From positions 10,413 to 74,412 of IMG/VR virus record IMGVR_UViG_3300027874_000010: a stretch of 64,000 bases of DNA. One strand, 5' to 3'. Below, piece after piece: positions 1 through 8,973 of this stretch. The DNA comes from a virus. Its lineage: Duplodnaviria; Caudoviricetes. The position numbers and the translations under genes are program-made. The notes below the pieces were generated by a model. The model was not told the DNA's origin and did no database searches. It worked only from the letters and a program-made list of their open reading frames with translations. Numbering within the stretch: the first letter of the stretch is position 1; the number at the start of each line of letters is the position of its first letter.

Positions 1-3000
1 ATTCATGACGGCATCCACGACGGCGTTGCGGCCGTTCTGCAACGCCGTCTTGACCACCTTGCCCGCGATGTCTGAGGACTCCTCGTGGACCTTCATCGCC
101 CACTTGACCGAGCCAGCATCGCGCATGGCCTGCGTCTCGGGGATGTCCTCGGTCTTGTTCCAGTCGGCGTTGCTCCACACCGCGTGGTCCTTATCGGGCA
201 CGGCGAACTGCTCGGGGCTGCGCTGCAGCGCCGTGCTCTTGCCCGACGCGCCGCCACCGCCCAGGACGCTGACGGTCGGTCCCCCCTCGGCGGGTGGCAC
301 GTAGCCGCCGCCAGCCACACCTTGTTCGTGGTTCTCGTAGATGCCGTGTTGGGCGCGGTCGATGGCCGGCTCGTGTACCTTGTCCAGGCGCGCCTGCACG
401 TAGTCGCCCTTCTTGCCGCCCTCGGGCATGTACAGCTTCTGAGTGTCACCCTTGTCGCGCAGGAAGCCGTGCGGGTTGTCCTTGGTAATCAGCGACGAGG
501 AGTCGCCCGACTCGACGTTCTCGCCGCCGCCGACGCCAGCGGCGAAGCGCCCCGAGTTGTCGCGCGGGTGCTTGTCCTCGAAGTCCTGATCCTTGGTTTC
601 GGGCAGATCGAGGATGTTCAGCCAGGTCTGCGTCTTGGGGCGGAACACCTGTACCGGCTGGCCCGCACCGAGCAGCGAGCGCTCCATGTCGCGGATCTGC
701 TCGGTGACGGCCTTGGTCAACTCGTCGCGGGAGTCCACGATGGTGTGCTCCCACCCGTTCAGGTTGAGCTTGCCGTTCTTGTCGCTCTCCTCGGACGGCG
801 CGTGCCCAGGCCAGTAGCCGGTCGCCTCGTGGTGCAGCCACGCGCACAGCGCCTGGGGGTTGTCCACCTTGTCGGTGAGCGTGTCCACACAGTCATCGAA
901 GTCGCCCGGGTGCCCGCCGTCGAAGCGGTCCTTCCAGTAGTCGAGCAGTGCCTCCAGATTGCCCGCCTTGTAGCTCAGCCGCTCGCCGTCGTCCGCGACC
1001 TTGGTCGGCCACTCGCCCGTGGCGTGCTTGTACAGCCACGCCGTCACTTCGAGGTGGTCGTCCAGGGCTTTCATCGCCGCATCGAAGTCGCCGCCGCCGG
1101 CCGCGAAGGTGTCGCGCCAGTGGTTGAGTAGTTCCACCACCTCGGCGGTCTTCTTCTTCTTGGGCGGCTGGCGCGGGCCACCTGGCGGGACCATGATGCC
1201 GCCGTAGGTGTCGATGCCCTCGGTCAGGATCTTGGTGGCATTCAGCGGGATGGCGACCTGGCGACCATCGGTGCCCGAGTAGGTCAGATCCCCCAGGGTG
1301 ATGTGCATGCCATACAGCGGCGACCTCTGGCCGACGTACTTCGAGACGGCCGAATGCTTGATGTAGGCGATGGTCACGTGCGGCGTGTAGTTGGTGTGCG
1401 TCTCGACGTTGGCGAGCGAGCGCTTGATGATGCCGTTGAGATGGCCCGCGTCGTCGCTGGTGACGCTCACGTACAGCGGCACGCCGCCGCCCTGGTCCTG
1501 GCCGGCGAAGACGTAGTTCGGCCCAAACGTCATGGCGACCGGCGTCTGGTCCTTGACCACGCGCGCCACGTCGCTCGCGCCGACGTTGGGCATCAGCCCG
1601 TACTTGACGGTGACGTGCGGCTCCATCTCGATGCCGCCGCTGCCCAGGTCGTCGGGGTCGATGTGGTCCTCAGCCCACTCGACCAGTTCGTTGCCCAGGA
1701 TCTCTGGCAGGTTGAGTTGCGTCGAGGAGTAGTCGTAGCCGCTGGTCGCGTCGGTCTTGAGCATGTACGGGTCTTGGCCGCACCAGGCGCACACGCCGAG
1801 TTCCACCGAGCGGTAGTGGCCCATGTCGTCTTCGGGGCAGTCGGGGATGATCTCGAACCGCCCGTCGCTGGTCATCTTCGTCTCGATCATCTTCCCTCCT
1901 GGGCCGGCTGAGCCTGACTCCTGTGCGCCACCCGGTGGCGGTACGCCAGGGATGGATGGTGGTGCGCCGCCGCCGCCAGGTCGTCCGCCGAACGCGCCGC
2001 CGCCACCTGGCGGCAGGCCGGGCGGCTGGTCAGGCTGTCCTGGCGGCTTGTCCCCCTTGTGGTAGTTCGCCAGTTCGTCGGAGGGCGTCGGGATCATGTT
2101 GGCTGGCAGCAGCACCCACCCTGGCTGGTCGGTCGGGTAGCCGAGCGTCTGCGCCGCGACGTGCCACGGGATCAGGCCCGCCGTGAAGTCGGCACGCACG
2201 CGGGCGTGCACCTTGTCCACGTCCTCGGTGTAGCCCGGCACCTGGCTGAGGTCGAAGTCGAAGTGGTCAACCTCGGGGAAGTCGGGCTTGATCTGCAGCG
2301 AGAACTGCTGCGCCAGATCCTCGTACATCGGAGCCAGCGAGCCAGTCCACCACTGCGCTCGGTCCGACTCCTTGTTCGAGTTGTTCAGGCCCGACGAGGA
2401 CTGGTGGCCGAGGACCGTCCAGATGATCGACGGCGGCACGTCCAGTACCGCGCAGATCTTGGACTCGGTGACGCGGTTGATGTCGTCCAGGCCCAGGCCC
2501 ACCGGGTCCATGCCCATCTTGGTGTAGGTCGCCTGCCCGTTGTCGATGACCAAGACGTTGCCCCACCCGTCTGGCCCGCCGTACTGCTGGCGGAAGCGCT
2601 GGCGGATGATCTCGCGCTCGTTGGGTTCGACCGAGCGCATGATGTTGAGCAACCCGCTCGGCACGCCCGCGTTCCTGAAGAACGCCGTGGTGAACTCGCG
2701 GCACCACACGTCGATGTCGATGCGCTCGGCCAGCACCGCCAGCGGCGACAGGCCGTAGTAGTCGTTCAGCGGGTTGGGGTTCTTGAAGTGGATGACATCA
2801 TCCGGATCCAGGGTGAACACCCGCTCCCCGATGCGGTACTCGTACGCCTGGATGTAGTCCTTTTCGTCAGGGATGATCCACACGCGGTCGGGTCGCAGCG
2901 GCCAGTACTCGATGATCTTGCCCGAGCGCCCTCGCACGATCTCCCAGTAGGCGTTGCCGTTGATCTTGAGCGCCACCACCGTGGACGACCACAGCATGAA

Positions 3001-3315
3001 CGTCGTCCACCACTTGTTGGGGCGGTTCAGGACATCCAGCGCGGGGTGGTCGAAGATGGCGTCGGCGTCGTGCGCCTTGGAATCGAAGACCACCATGCGC
3101 GGCAGCGCCGCTGACTTCGCGACGGCCTGGCACGCGGCGAAGACGACCTCGGACCCCAGGTAGCCCTTGCGCGCCAACTGGTCGTACGAACGTTGGTTCC
3201 AGATCGGCGTGGCCGGCAGGCCAACCTGCCAGGTCGGGATGGCCGTCGCCACAGCCTGCTTCGTCTCGCCCCCGAACAGAGCGAGCGTGCGGAAGGCGTC
3301 GGCCAGCAGGCCCAT
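1..3315 (-). CDS. Portal protein (HK97-like) fused to an Acb1-like 2H phosphoesterase, two helical repeats and a zeta-toxin-like P-loop kinase; runs off the left edge (>=1105 aa)
   Basis: Absent from the ORF track because there is no stop in the window. ATG at 3315 abuts the upstream TAA. Hand translation found no stop; codon-level checks at 1141-1320 and 1861-2100. Portal motifs GNAYWEIVR, LRPDRV, DVIHFK-NP-D-YYGLSPL, FFRNAGVPSGLL. Then a Pro/Gly linker, 2H motifs HVTVKY (1609-1617) and YTPHVTIAY (1372-1380), the HPRDNSGRF tag, and Walker A GGGGASGKST (235-261) with VHEESS. Located downstream of terL. Confidence 0.9.
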   Translation of the reverse strand, partial: MGLLADAFRTLALFGGETKQAVATAIPTWQVGLPATPIWNQRSYDQLARKGYLGSEVVFAACQAVAKSAALPRMVVFDSKAHDADAIFDHPALDVLNRPNKWWTTFMLWSSTVVALKINGNAYWEIVRGRSGKIIEYWPLRPDRVWIIPDEKDYIQAYEYRIGERVFTLDPDDVIHFKNPNPLNDYYGLSPLAVLAERIDIDVWCREFTTAFFRNAGVPSGLLNIMRSVEPNEREIIRQRFRQQYGGPDGWGNVLVIDNGQATYTKMGMDPVGLGLDDINRVTESKICAVLDVPPSIIWTVLGHQSSSGLNNSNKESDRAQWWTGSLAPMYEDLAQQFSLQIKPDFPEVDHFDFDLSQVPGYTEDVDKVHARVRADFTAGLIPWHVAAQTLGYPTDQPGWVLLPANMIPTPSDELANYHKGDKPPGQPDQPPGLPPGGGGAFGGRPGGGGAPPSIPGVPPPGGAQESGSAGPGGKMIETKMTSDGRFEIIPDCPEDDMGHYRSVELGVCAWCGQDPYMLKTDATSGYDYSSTQLNLPEILGNELVEWAEDHIDPDDLGSGGIEMEPHVTVKYGLMPNVGASDVARVVKDQTPVAMTFGPNYVFAGQDQGGGVPLYVSVTSDDAGHLNGIIKRSLANVETHTNYTPHVTIAYIKHSAVSKYVGQRSPLYGMHITLGDLTYSGTDGRQVAIPLNATKILTEGIDTYGGIMVPPGGPRQPPKKKKTAEVVELLNHWRDTFAAGGGDFDAAMKALDDHLEVTAWLYKHATGEWPTKVADDGERLSYKAGNLEALLDYWKDRFDGGHPGDFDDCVDTLTDKVDNPQALCAWLHHEATGYWPGHAPSEESDKNGKLNLNGWEHTIVDSRDELTKAVTEQIRDMERSLLGAGQPVQVFRPKTQTWLNILDLPETKDQDFEDKHPRDNSGRFAAGVGGGENVESGDSSSLITKDNPHGFLRDKGDTQKLYMPEGGKKGDYVQARLDKVHEPAIDRAQHGIYENHEQGVAGGGYVPPAEGGPTVSVLGGGGASGKSTALQRSPEQFAVPDKDHAVWSNADWNKTEDIPETQAMRDAGSVKWAMKVHEESSDIAGKVVKTALQNGRNAVVDAVMN

Positions 3316-3534
3316 TTAGAGTTCTCCGGCAGCTTCGAGTTGGTCAACCAAGAGCGCGATGTCGTCGTAGGCCCGCTGCGTCTTGGCCCTGCCGCCCCCG
3401 CGCGACTGCTTCATGCACACGGCCATCCGCTGTTGCATGTCGGGAAACTCGCCCTTCAGTGCCGACATGCAGCGACCCATGAAATCGCTCTGTGACTCGC
3501 CGCCGCTTGGTTCAGGTAGTGGCATGGTTTCCAT
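3316..3534 (-). CDS. Small head-region protein (MPLPEPSGGESQSDFMGRCM...QRMAVCM)
   Basis: 3' part of track ORF 3316..3711; stop abuts the portal ATG. Confidence 0.7.
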   Translation of the reverse strand: METMPLPEPSGGESQSDFMGRCMSALKGEFPDMQQRMAVCMKQSRGGGRAKTQRAYDDIALLVDQLEAAGEL

Positions 3535-4033
3535 CCAATTCGGCAACCCGCGTGATGAGCGCTTGTCCGCGCACCGCCTGCGCGCCGACCTGTTCGAGGA
3601 CGCCCTGCAAGTCGAGAATCGTCTGGCGCAGCACGGCGTTTGAGTGCTCGATGCGCGTGATGCGCTGCGAGGAAGCAGCGAGACGAGACTCACTCGCGCG
3701 CCGCGCCCCAACCGCCTCGCTCAGTGCGGCGCTCTGTCGTTCCGCAGCGGCTTCGAGTTCGGAGATGCGCTGCTGCAGGCGCGTGATGTCGTCACGATTT
3801 CTCGCCAGGGTCCGCTCCAGGGTCAACGTCTCGGCGCGAATTCGCTCGATCTTCGCGCCACATGGCGCGTGCTGAGCGTTCAGTTCATCGAACGCTCGTT
3901 GCCACTGCGCTTCGAGCCGCTGCGCATCAGCTTCCATCCGCAGGATGCGCTGGTCCCTGATCTCGACGTAGCGCATCAGGGTGCCCACGTCGGGCGCTCC
4001 CTCTACCGTGGCGTTCGGCTCAGGCAGCGGCAT
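3512..4033 (-). CDS. Coiled-coil hypothetical protein, 173 aa
   Basis: Track ORF; heptad-rich, in operon order between terL and portal. Confidence 0.7.
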   Translation of the reverse strand: MPLPEPNATVEGAPDVGTLMRYVEIRDQRILRMEADAQRLEAQWQRAFDELNAQHAPCGAKIERIRAETLTLERTLARNRDDITRLQQRISELEAAAERQSAALSEAVGARRASESRLAASSQRITRIEHSNAVLRQTILDLQGVLEQVGAQAVRGQALITRVAELDGNHATT

Positions 4034-4042
4034 GGCCCCACT

Positions 4043-4174
4043 CTAGCGCAGGCCGGACACAACTAGGAAGATGCGGACCGCCAAACCGAGCAGCGCGGCC
4101 GAACCGAGCACCAGCAGCACGACCACGACGATGACGCCAGCCGGCCTCAGATCGGAACGGTCAACGACTGCCAT
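4043..4174 (-). CDS. Small membrane protein, 43 aa (MAVVDRSDLRPAGVIVVVVLLVLG...)
   Basis: Hand translation; one long hydrophobic segment; fills the gap in the operon. Confidence 0.5.
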   Translation of the reverse strand: MAVVDRSDLRPAGVIVVVVLLVLGSAALLGLAVRIFLVVSGLR

Positions 4175-4252
4175 ACCCTATCCGTGCACCAGCGGGGAAT
4201 AGTTGGCGGTCCTCCGCGCTCGCGGACACATGCCGCTCGCCCCGTTGGTGCC

Positions 4253-4266
4253 GATAACCGGTTATC
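4253..4266. promoter_or_regulatory. Palindrome GATAACCGGTTATC (copy 1 of 7)
   Basis: Perfect 14-bp palindrome, intergenic downstream of terL. Confidence 0.7.
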
Positions 4267-4270
4267 ACTG

Positions 4271-4312
4271 GTGCTCCGACCGACCTTGCACGTGTTAGAT
4301 CGGTCGGAGCAC
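4271..4312 (-). terminator. 13-bp perfect stem-loop immediately after the terL stop (terminator or processing hairpin)
   Basis: GTGCTCCGACCGA / TCGGTCGGAGCAC, 16-nt loop; no U-tract. Confidence 0.45.
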
Positions 4313-5788
4313 TCAGATCACCCACACGCCCACCGATCCCTGGACCAGTAGCTCGGTCAGCGACCAGACGGCGGCGTCCAGGCGGTTGGGCGACCAGCCC
4401 GTGGTGACCGGATCCCAGGTGCACATCTCGTCTTCAAGCTCGGTCAGCCCGTTGACGCCGACGTGGTGCACGCGGCCCTGGTCGTACAGCATGGCGACCG
4501 GCTCAGCCCTGATCGCCTTGCCGCGCGAGGCCGAGCGCTTCTGGACGTTGCAGTAGATGCCGCGCTCGCGGGCGGCTGTCTCGATGACCGCCATCGCCAT
4601 GTCGCCGCCGAAGTTCGTCTCGACCACGATCAGGTCGGCCTTCCAGTCGAGCCACGCCTGGACCACCCGCGCGCCCCATCCCTCGGGGTGCAGCTTGCAC
4701 GAGTAGTCCGCGATCACGTAGCCGTGCGGCAGCGCGCCCGAAAGCTGCGTCGAGTCGGCCACCCAGTTGTCGGGCGCGGGTCCAACGCCGCATACCACGA
4801 TGCCCTGCTCGTCGTTCTCGGCACCCGCGCCGCCGGACGGGTCCACGCCGATCACCACACGTCGGAGGTCGGTGGGAGCGCGTGGTACCCGCTGGCTGTC
4901 CAGCAGCGCGCGGTTCCAGAACGAGTCGGGGTTGTCGTCAATGAGCTTGCCCTCAAGCTCCTGGCGACCGAGCCGCGTGCCGGCGTACTTGTCGTAGAAG
5001 AACTGGCGAACGTCGGCGTGCAGGAAGCGGTTCTGCGCCGTGGTCGCGATGGTCAGTGCCGTCTTCGGGTCGTTGACCAGATCCTTGATGCGCTTACGCG
5101 GCTTCGGGGTGGTCGAGGCAACAGCGTGTGGGTGCGGCCCCAACCGCAACCCGAAGCGCATGTGATCGTAGCACTCGTCCAGCTTCTGCCACGCGGCCAG
5201 TTCCTCCAGCCACGCCAGACAGCGGTTGCCACCCGCTCGCAGCCGCTCAACGTCCTCGGGGAAGCTCGCGCCGAACAACTTGCCCTCCGATCCGTTGGGC
5301 CACACGATGTGCAGCCCGCCCTGGGTCTTGAACTTGATGCCGCCCGAGTGCGCCTTCAGGCCAGACGGCCCGGTGACGCACGCCTCCACCGCGTCTCCCA
5401 GGTTGGGGGCGATGATGGCGATACGATGGCCGCCGGGCAACGACTCCAGACACGGTGGACCCAGTACATGTTGGGTCACGTAGTGGGCCATCGCGTCGGT
5501 CTTGCCCGACCCGCGCCCGCCGAGCATCAGCCAGAGCAGCCACCAGTCGCCCTCGGGCGGGATCTGGTGCGGTTGCGGCGTCCAGGCGTTGAGGAGACGG
5601 TCGAGTTCTTCTAGCTCGCGCTTGTTGAGGAGAGGGAGAAGCTCCTGAAGCTCCTCGACCTCAACCCCGAATCTAGCCGCTTGCTGCCGAACTGTCTCCA
5701 GTCGCGGGTCGTCCGGTGGAACGTGTCCGTTTTGCCCGTTCGCGCGCGAGATCAAGGATGCCGCTAATTCGCTCGGCTCGCTGGTCAT
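4313..5788 (-). CDS. terL: Terminase large subunit
   Basis: Walker A LGGRGSGKT, Walker B AWLEE, RNase H-like VIGVDPSGG ... NRLDA; 491 aa. Confidence 0.95.
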   Translation of the reverse strand: MTSEPSELAASLISRANGQNGHVPPDDPRLETVRQQAARFGVEVEELQELLPLLNKRELEELDRLLNAWTPQPHQIPPEGDWWLLWLMLGGRGSGKTDAMAHYVTQHVLGPPCLESLPGGHRIAIIAPNLGDAVEACVTGPSGLKAHSGGIKFKTQGGLHIVWPNGSEGKLFGASFPEDVERLRAGGNRCLAWLEELAAWQKLDECYDHMRFGLRLGPHPHAVASTTPKPRKRIKDLVNDPKTALTIATTAQNRFLHADVRQFFYDKYAGTRLGRQELEGKLIDDNPDSFWNRALLDSQRVPRAPTDLRRVVIGVDPSGGAGAENDEQGIVVCGVGPAPDNWVADSTQLSGALPHGYVIADYSCKLHPEGWGARVVQAWLDWKADLIVVETNFGGDMAMAVIETAARERGIYCNVQKRSASRGKAIRAEPVAMLYDQGRVHHVGVNGLTELEDEMCTWDPVTTGWSPNRLDAAVWSLTELLVQGSVGVWVI

Positions 5789-6146
5789 CCGTCAGTCCAC
5801 TCACCTCGACCTCGATTGCGCCGCCATTCGGTCCGCTGAACTCGGCCCGCTCGATGTAGCCACGCTGCTTGCCCTGGGTCTTGAGCAGGAAGCACACCGC
5901 CCACGCCTCGCCGCGCTGGACGGCGCGCAGCAGCGACAGTTCGCCCACGTCGAGGAAGCTCTCGCGCTCCTGGCGGCGGACTTCGGCCACCTGGGGGTAG
6001 ACCTTGCAGTAGTTCTCGACGGTCTTCAGGTCGCAATGCAGCAGGCGCGCGGCGACGGTGTTCATACCCTTCGCCTCTTTGAGCGCCGCGATCATCTGGT
6101 CCGCCGAGTACTTGCGGTACGTCCCAGGCTTACGTCCACGTGGCAC
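5673..6146 (-). CDS. terS: Terminase small subunit (probable)
   Basis: GTG 6146 in track ORF 5673..6323; N-terminal HTH, FLLKTQGKQRGYIER and EFSGPNGGAIEV tail typical of TerS; directly upstream of terL. Confidence 0.8.
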   Translation of the reverse strand: MPRGRKPGTYRKYSADQMIAALKEAKGMNTVAARLLHCDLKTVENYCKVYPQVAEVRRQERESFLDVGELSLLRAVQRGEAWAVCFLLKTQGKQRGYIERAEFSGPNGGAIEVEVSGLTDDQRAERISGILDLARERAKRTRSTGRPATGDSSAASG

Positions 6147-6192
6147 GCCCCGAGCATAGCACTGGCGCACACCGGCGGAAACTACGGAATGC

Positions 6193-6221
6193 GTGCGCTC
6201 ACGTGCGAAATTGTGTATACT
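6193..6221 (+). promoter_or_regulatory. Sigma70-like promoter, repeated cassette family
   Basis: GTGCGC-17-TATACT with internal GTGCG box. Confidence 0.5.
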
Positions 6222-6351
6222 CGTGTCGTGAGGAGAGCAGAGAGTCCACCACCGGTCCCGCCGCCCGACCCCGAGCAGGAGGCGTACGAGGCCGCTCTTG
6301 TCCGAGAGTACGAGTTGTTCCATCGGTATTCAGATCAAGTAACCTATAAGC

Positions 6352-6738
6352 GTGTCTTCAAACGCTTACATGCGTGAATACATGCAGCGGCGCTACCGAG
6401 CGCGCATGGCGACAGCTATCGAACGGCTCGGTGGCCGGTGCATCCAGTGCGGCTCGACCGAGAGCCTGGAGTTCGACCACATCGACCCGTCCACGAAACT
6501 CATGGACATCTCCCAGGCCGTCACCTACTCGACCCGCGTGTTCGAGGCGGAACTGGCGAAGTGCCAACTGCTGTGCGCCTCGCACCATCAGCAGAAGACG
6601 CTCCAGCAGAACGGCATGACCCTGGCCCGAGGCACCCACGGCACGCTCTCCGCGCTCCGCTACTGTCGCCCGCCATGTGACGCCTGCCGAGCGGCCAAGG
6701 CCGACTACAACCGGCAGCACTACCTCTCGCGCCGTTAG
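6352..6738 (+). CDS. HNH endonuclease
   Basis: CIQCG...LEFDHIDP...KCQLLCASHH, C-terminal HGT...C..C; stop lies inside the tRNA-Lys. Confidence 0.9.
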   Translation: MSSNAYMREYMQRRYRARMATAIERLGGRCIQCGSTESLEFDHIDPSTKLMDISQAVTYSTRVFEAELAKCQLLCASHHQQKTLQQNGMTLARGTHGTLSALRYCRPPCDACRAAKADYNRQHYLSRR

Positions 6739-6802
6739 CTCAACTGGCTAGAGCAAGAAGCCCTTAACTTCGAGGTTCTCGGTTCGAGTCCGAGACGGCG
6801 CA
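6729..6802 (+). tRNA. tRNA-Lys(CUU)
   Basis: Cloverleaf: acceptor GCGCCGT/ACGGCGC, D-stem GCTC/GAGC, loop CCCTTAA, T-arm CTCGG-TTCGAGT-CCGAG; atypical C33; no encoded CCA. Confidence 0.88.
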
Positions 6803-6899
6803 CTGCCCCCGGCGTTGACCCCGCTGGCGCGTAAACGTTCGCTCATCAGCGACGACCCGCCTTGTCACGTCGGGGCTTTTCCATATCGTGGAGCGGCCA

Positions 6900-7175
6900 A
6901 TGAACCCTGACGAGATCCCAGTCAAGATCCTGCGCGAAGTCGAGGTCGGTGACACGCCGATGTTCCCCCGAGGGCACGCCCCTGGCGCATTGCCCAACGG
7001 CACGCGGGTGCGCAAGAGCCGCGACGACCCGGGCGACACTCACACCATCGGGGACCAGGCCACCGTGCTGTCCAGCGTCGGACCGCACGAAGGCATGTTC
7101 CTGTACTTCGTGGAGTGGGACGACTTGCCCCGGATCCCTGTCGGCATCCGCAGTGACAAGCTCTCCCGAGCCTGA
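6900..7175 (+). CDS. Hypothetical protein
   Basis: Track ORF 6888..7175, ATG 6900 after GGAG. Confidence 0.7.
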   Translation: MNPDEIPVKILREVEVGDTPMFPRGHAPGALPNGTRVRKSRDDPGDTHTIGDQATVLSSVGPHEGMFLYFVEWDDLPRIPVGIRSDKLSRA

Positions 7176-7284
7176 TGAACGACGGCTCAATGTCGCGCTG
7201 TTCGTCATCCTTTTCGTTTTTCTCACCTTCGGGATCGCCCTGGTGTTGACGCTTTCTCGACTGCATGGCGCGTAGGGTGGCGAC

Positions 7285-7497
7285 GTGGCACAACCACTAC
7301 TTGCCGCCTGCATGGGGTGCGGGGAGCGACTCGCCGTGGACGCTCAGGAAGCGCTCGCGGATACCAGAGGTTGGAAGTACGACTTTGATCTCGGCTGGCT
7401 GTGTCAGCGCTGCGACGGGCTGGACGCACGCCTGCAGCAGCGCCGCCGCCGAGGACCAGGCATGCCGATGAAAGGACACGGCAACGATGACCGATGA
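7285..7497 (+). CDS. Hypothetical protein with CxxC pairs
   Basis: Track ORF; overlaps next gene. Confidence 0.55.
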   Translation: MAQPLLAACMGCGERLAVDAQEALADTRGWKYDFDLGWLCQRCDGLDARLQQRRRRGPGMPMKGHGNDDR

Positions 7498-7783
7498 TCC
7501 GCGCACCTGGCTGGATCTGGACAACTGGTGCTACGAGCACATGGTCGAGAAGCTCGACTGTGTGCACTGCCAGTTCGGGGACGACAGTCTGATCTTCATG
7601 TACGACTGCGAGCGCTGCGCGATCCCGCACGGTGCCAAGACCTGGGGGTGGCTGTCGCCCGAGGGCCGCGAGTACTGCATCCGCTGCATGGCGATTGGGG
7701 CGTATCAGGATCTGGTGAGCCACGACTTGCTGATGCCGCAGTTCCCCAACCAGGGCGATCTGCCACCCGGCGCGCGACCATGA
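7487..7783 (+). CDS. Cys-rich hypothetical protein
   Basis: Track ORF; three CxxC; stop/start overlap. Confidence 0.7.
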   Translation: MTDDPRTWLDLDNWCYEHMVEKLDCVHCQFGDDSLIFMYDCERCAIPHGAKTWGWLSPEGREYCIRCMAIGAYQDLVSHDLLMPQFPNQGDLPPGARP

Positions 7784-7959
7784 CCAACTACAGGCCGATG
7801 GCGGTGTGGATCGTCAACCTGCTGGAGACGGACCCGGGGCAAGTCCTGCAGGCCCTGGCGGTGATGATGCGCGACACGCCCATCGACCAGCGCCTGCCAC
7901 TGATGGAAGCCATCGAAGCCGAGACGGTGAGGAGGCTCAATGAGCAAGAGCGAGGATAG
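7780..7959 (+). CDS. Hypothetical protein
   Basis: ATGA overlap with the previous stop. Confidence 0.65.
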   Translation: MTNYRPMAVWIVNLLETDPGQVLQALAVMMRDTPIDQRLPLMEAIEAETVRRLNEQERG

Positions 7960-8254
7960 GGCCTGGAAGGACTACGGCGACCGCTTCCGCCGCGAGGTGC
8001 TGCCGAAGATCATGAACTCGGCCGTGTTCCTCGCCATCGGCACCGAGGAACTGGACGTGAAGATGGCGACCGAACTCGGCGCGGCGCTGCTGGCCGACAA
8101 GCCGCTGCTGCTGGTCTGTCCGCGCGGCAGGCGTATCCCTGAGCGACTGCGGCGCGCGGCCGACATCGTGGTGGACAATTGGGATCCGGCCGATCCCGAC
8201 GCCCAGGAGCGCTTCGCGGATGCCCTGCAGCAACTGGATCTGCCCCCGCGCTAA
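7940..8254 (+). CDS. Hypothetical protein, 104 aa
   Basis: Track ORF; operon packing. Confidence 0.75.
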   Translation: MSKSEDRAWKDYGDRFRREVLPKIMNSAVFLAIGTEELDVKMATELGAALLADKPLLLVCPRGRRIPERLRRAADIVVDNWDPADPDAQERFADALQQLDLPPR

Positions 8255-8284
8255 TGTAGCCGAACGTGTGCTATAAGTGGCGGC

Positions 8285-8734
8285 ATGAAGCCGACCGGTA
8301 AGGTCTACGTCGGGGTGCGCCTGCCACCCCTCAACTCCGCAGGCGAAGCCGTGGTGCTGGTGCTCGACCCCGAGCGGCAGCAAGCCCACTACCTGCCGCA
8401 CATCTGCGACCAGCACACCCCGCGCGCCAAGGCGCTACTGGCCCACTACGGCTGTCACAGCCCAACCGGGTTCAACTGGGGCTACGGCGGCTCGGGACCA
8501 TCCGAGCTTGCCTTCATGCTGCTGCTGGATCTCGGCATCGCGGACGAGCGCGCGTGGATGGCCCACAACCCGCTGACGACACAGATCATCGCCGGGCTGC
8601 AGCAGGACCAGCCGTGGATGCTGAGCGCCAGACGCCTGCGCACCTGGCTGCTGCACTTCGAGAACGGCATGCTCGGCCGCAAGGCCAGCCCCGAGGAAGT
8701 CGCCCACGCCATCCGCGAGGCCGAGGGGGAATAG
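8285..8734 (+). CDS. DUF6166-like phage protein
   Basis: HSPTGFNWGYGGSGPSELA motif. Confidence 0.7.
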   Translation: MKPTGKVYVGVRLPPLNSAGEAVVLVLDPERQQAHYLPHICDQHTPRAKALLAHYGCHSPTGFNWGYGGSGPSELAFMLLLDLGIADERAWMAHNPLTTQIIAGLQQDQPWMLSARRLRTWLLHFENGMLGRKASPEEVAHAIREAEGE

Positions 8735-8931
8735 TGCACATCCACCACCCCGACCATCACGCCTGGGGCCAGCAGGCCATCGACGCCCTGGAAGCCAACT
8801 TCAAGACCATCCCGAAGTACGAGGCGATGACCACCGACCAGTTGGCCGACTTCTGGCAGGGCATGACCGAGGCGTGTGTGCTGCGGCTGGTCAAGCTCAA
8901 ACCCGAGGGCGTCTCCCACCCACCTGAGTAG
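8734..8931 (+). CDS. Hypothetical protein
   Basis: GTG overlapping the previous TAG. Confidence 0.6.
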   Translation: MHIHHPDHHAWGQQAIDALEANFKTIPKYEAMTTDQLADFWQGMTEACVLRLVKLKPEGVSHPPE

Positions 8932-8938
8932 CTAATTC

Positions 8939-8968
8939 TTGCGAGCGTGTGCGATCAATAGTTAGAAT
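8939..8968 (+). promoter_or_regulatory. Sigma70-like promoter, repeated cassette family
   Basis: TTGCGA-18-TAGAAT with GTGCG box. Confidence 0.65.
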
Positions 8969-8973
8969 GTAGC

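Noticed and set aside
85-3114. Long plus-strand ORFs 85..1131, 1303..1911 and 2059..3114
   Set aside because: Same-register antisense shadows of the portal fusion, a typical high-GC artefact; no motifs
3525-4033. Two adjacent genes both starting MPLPEP
   Set aside because: Similarity stops after six residues; no further support for duplication
4463-5614. 383-aa plus-strand ORF
   Set aside because: Antisense to terL
6300-6352. Possible tRNA 5' half upstream of the HNH, mirroring the 51108 case
   Set aside because: No D-arm or GG signature can be folded
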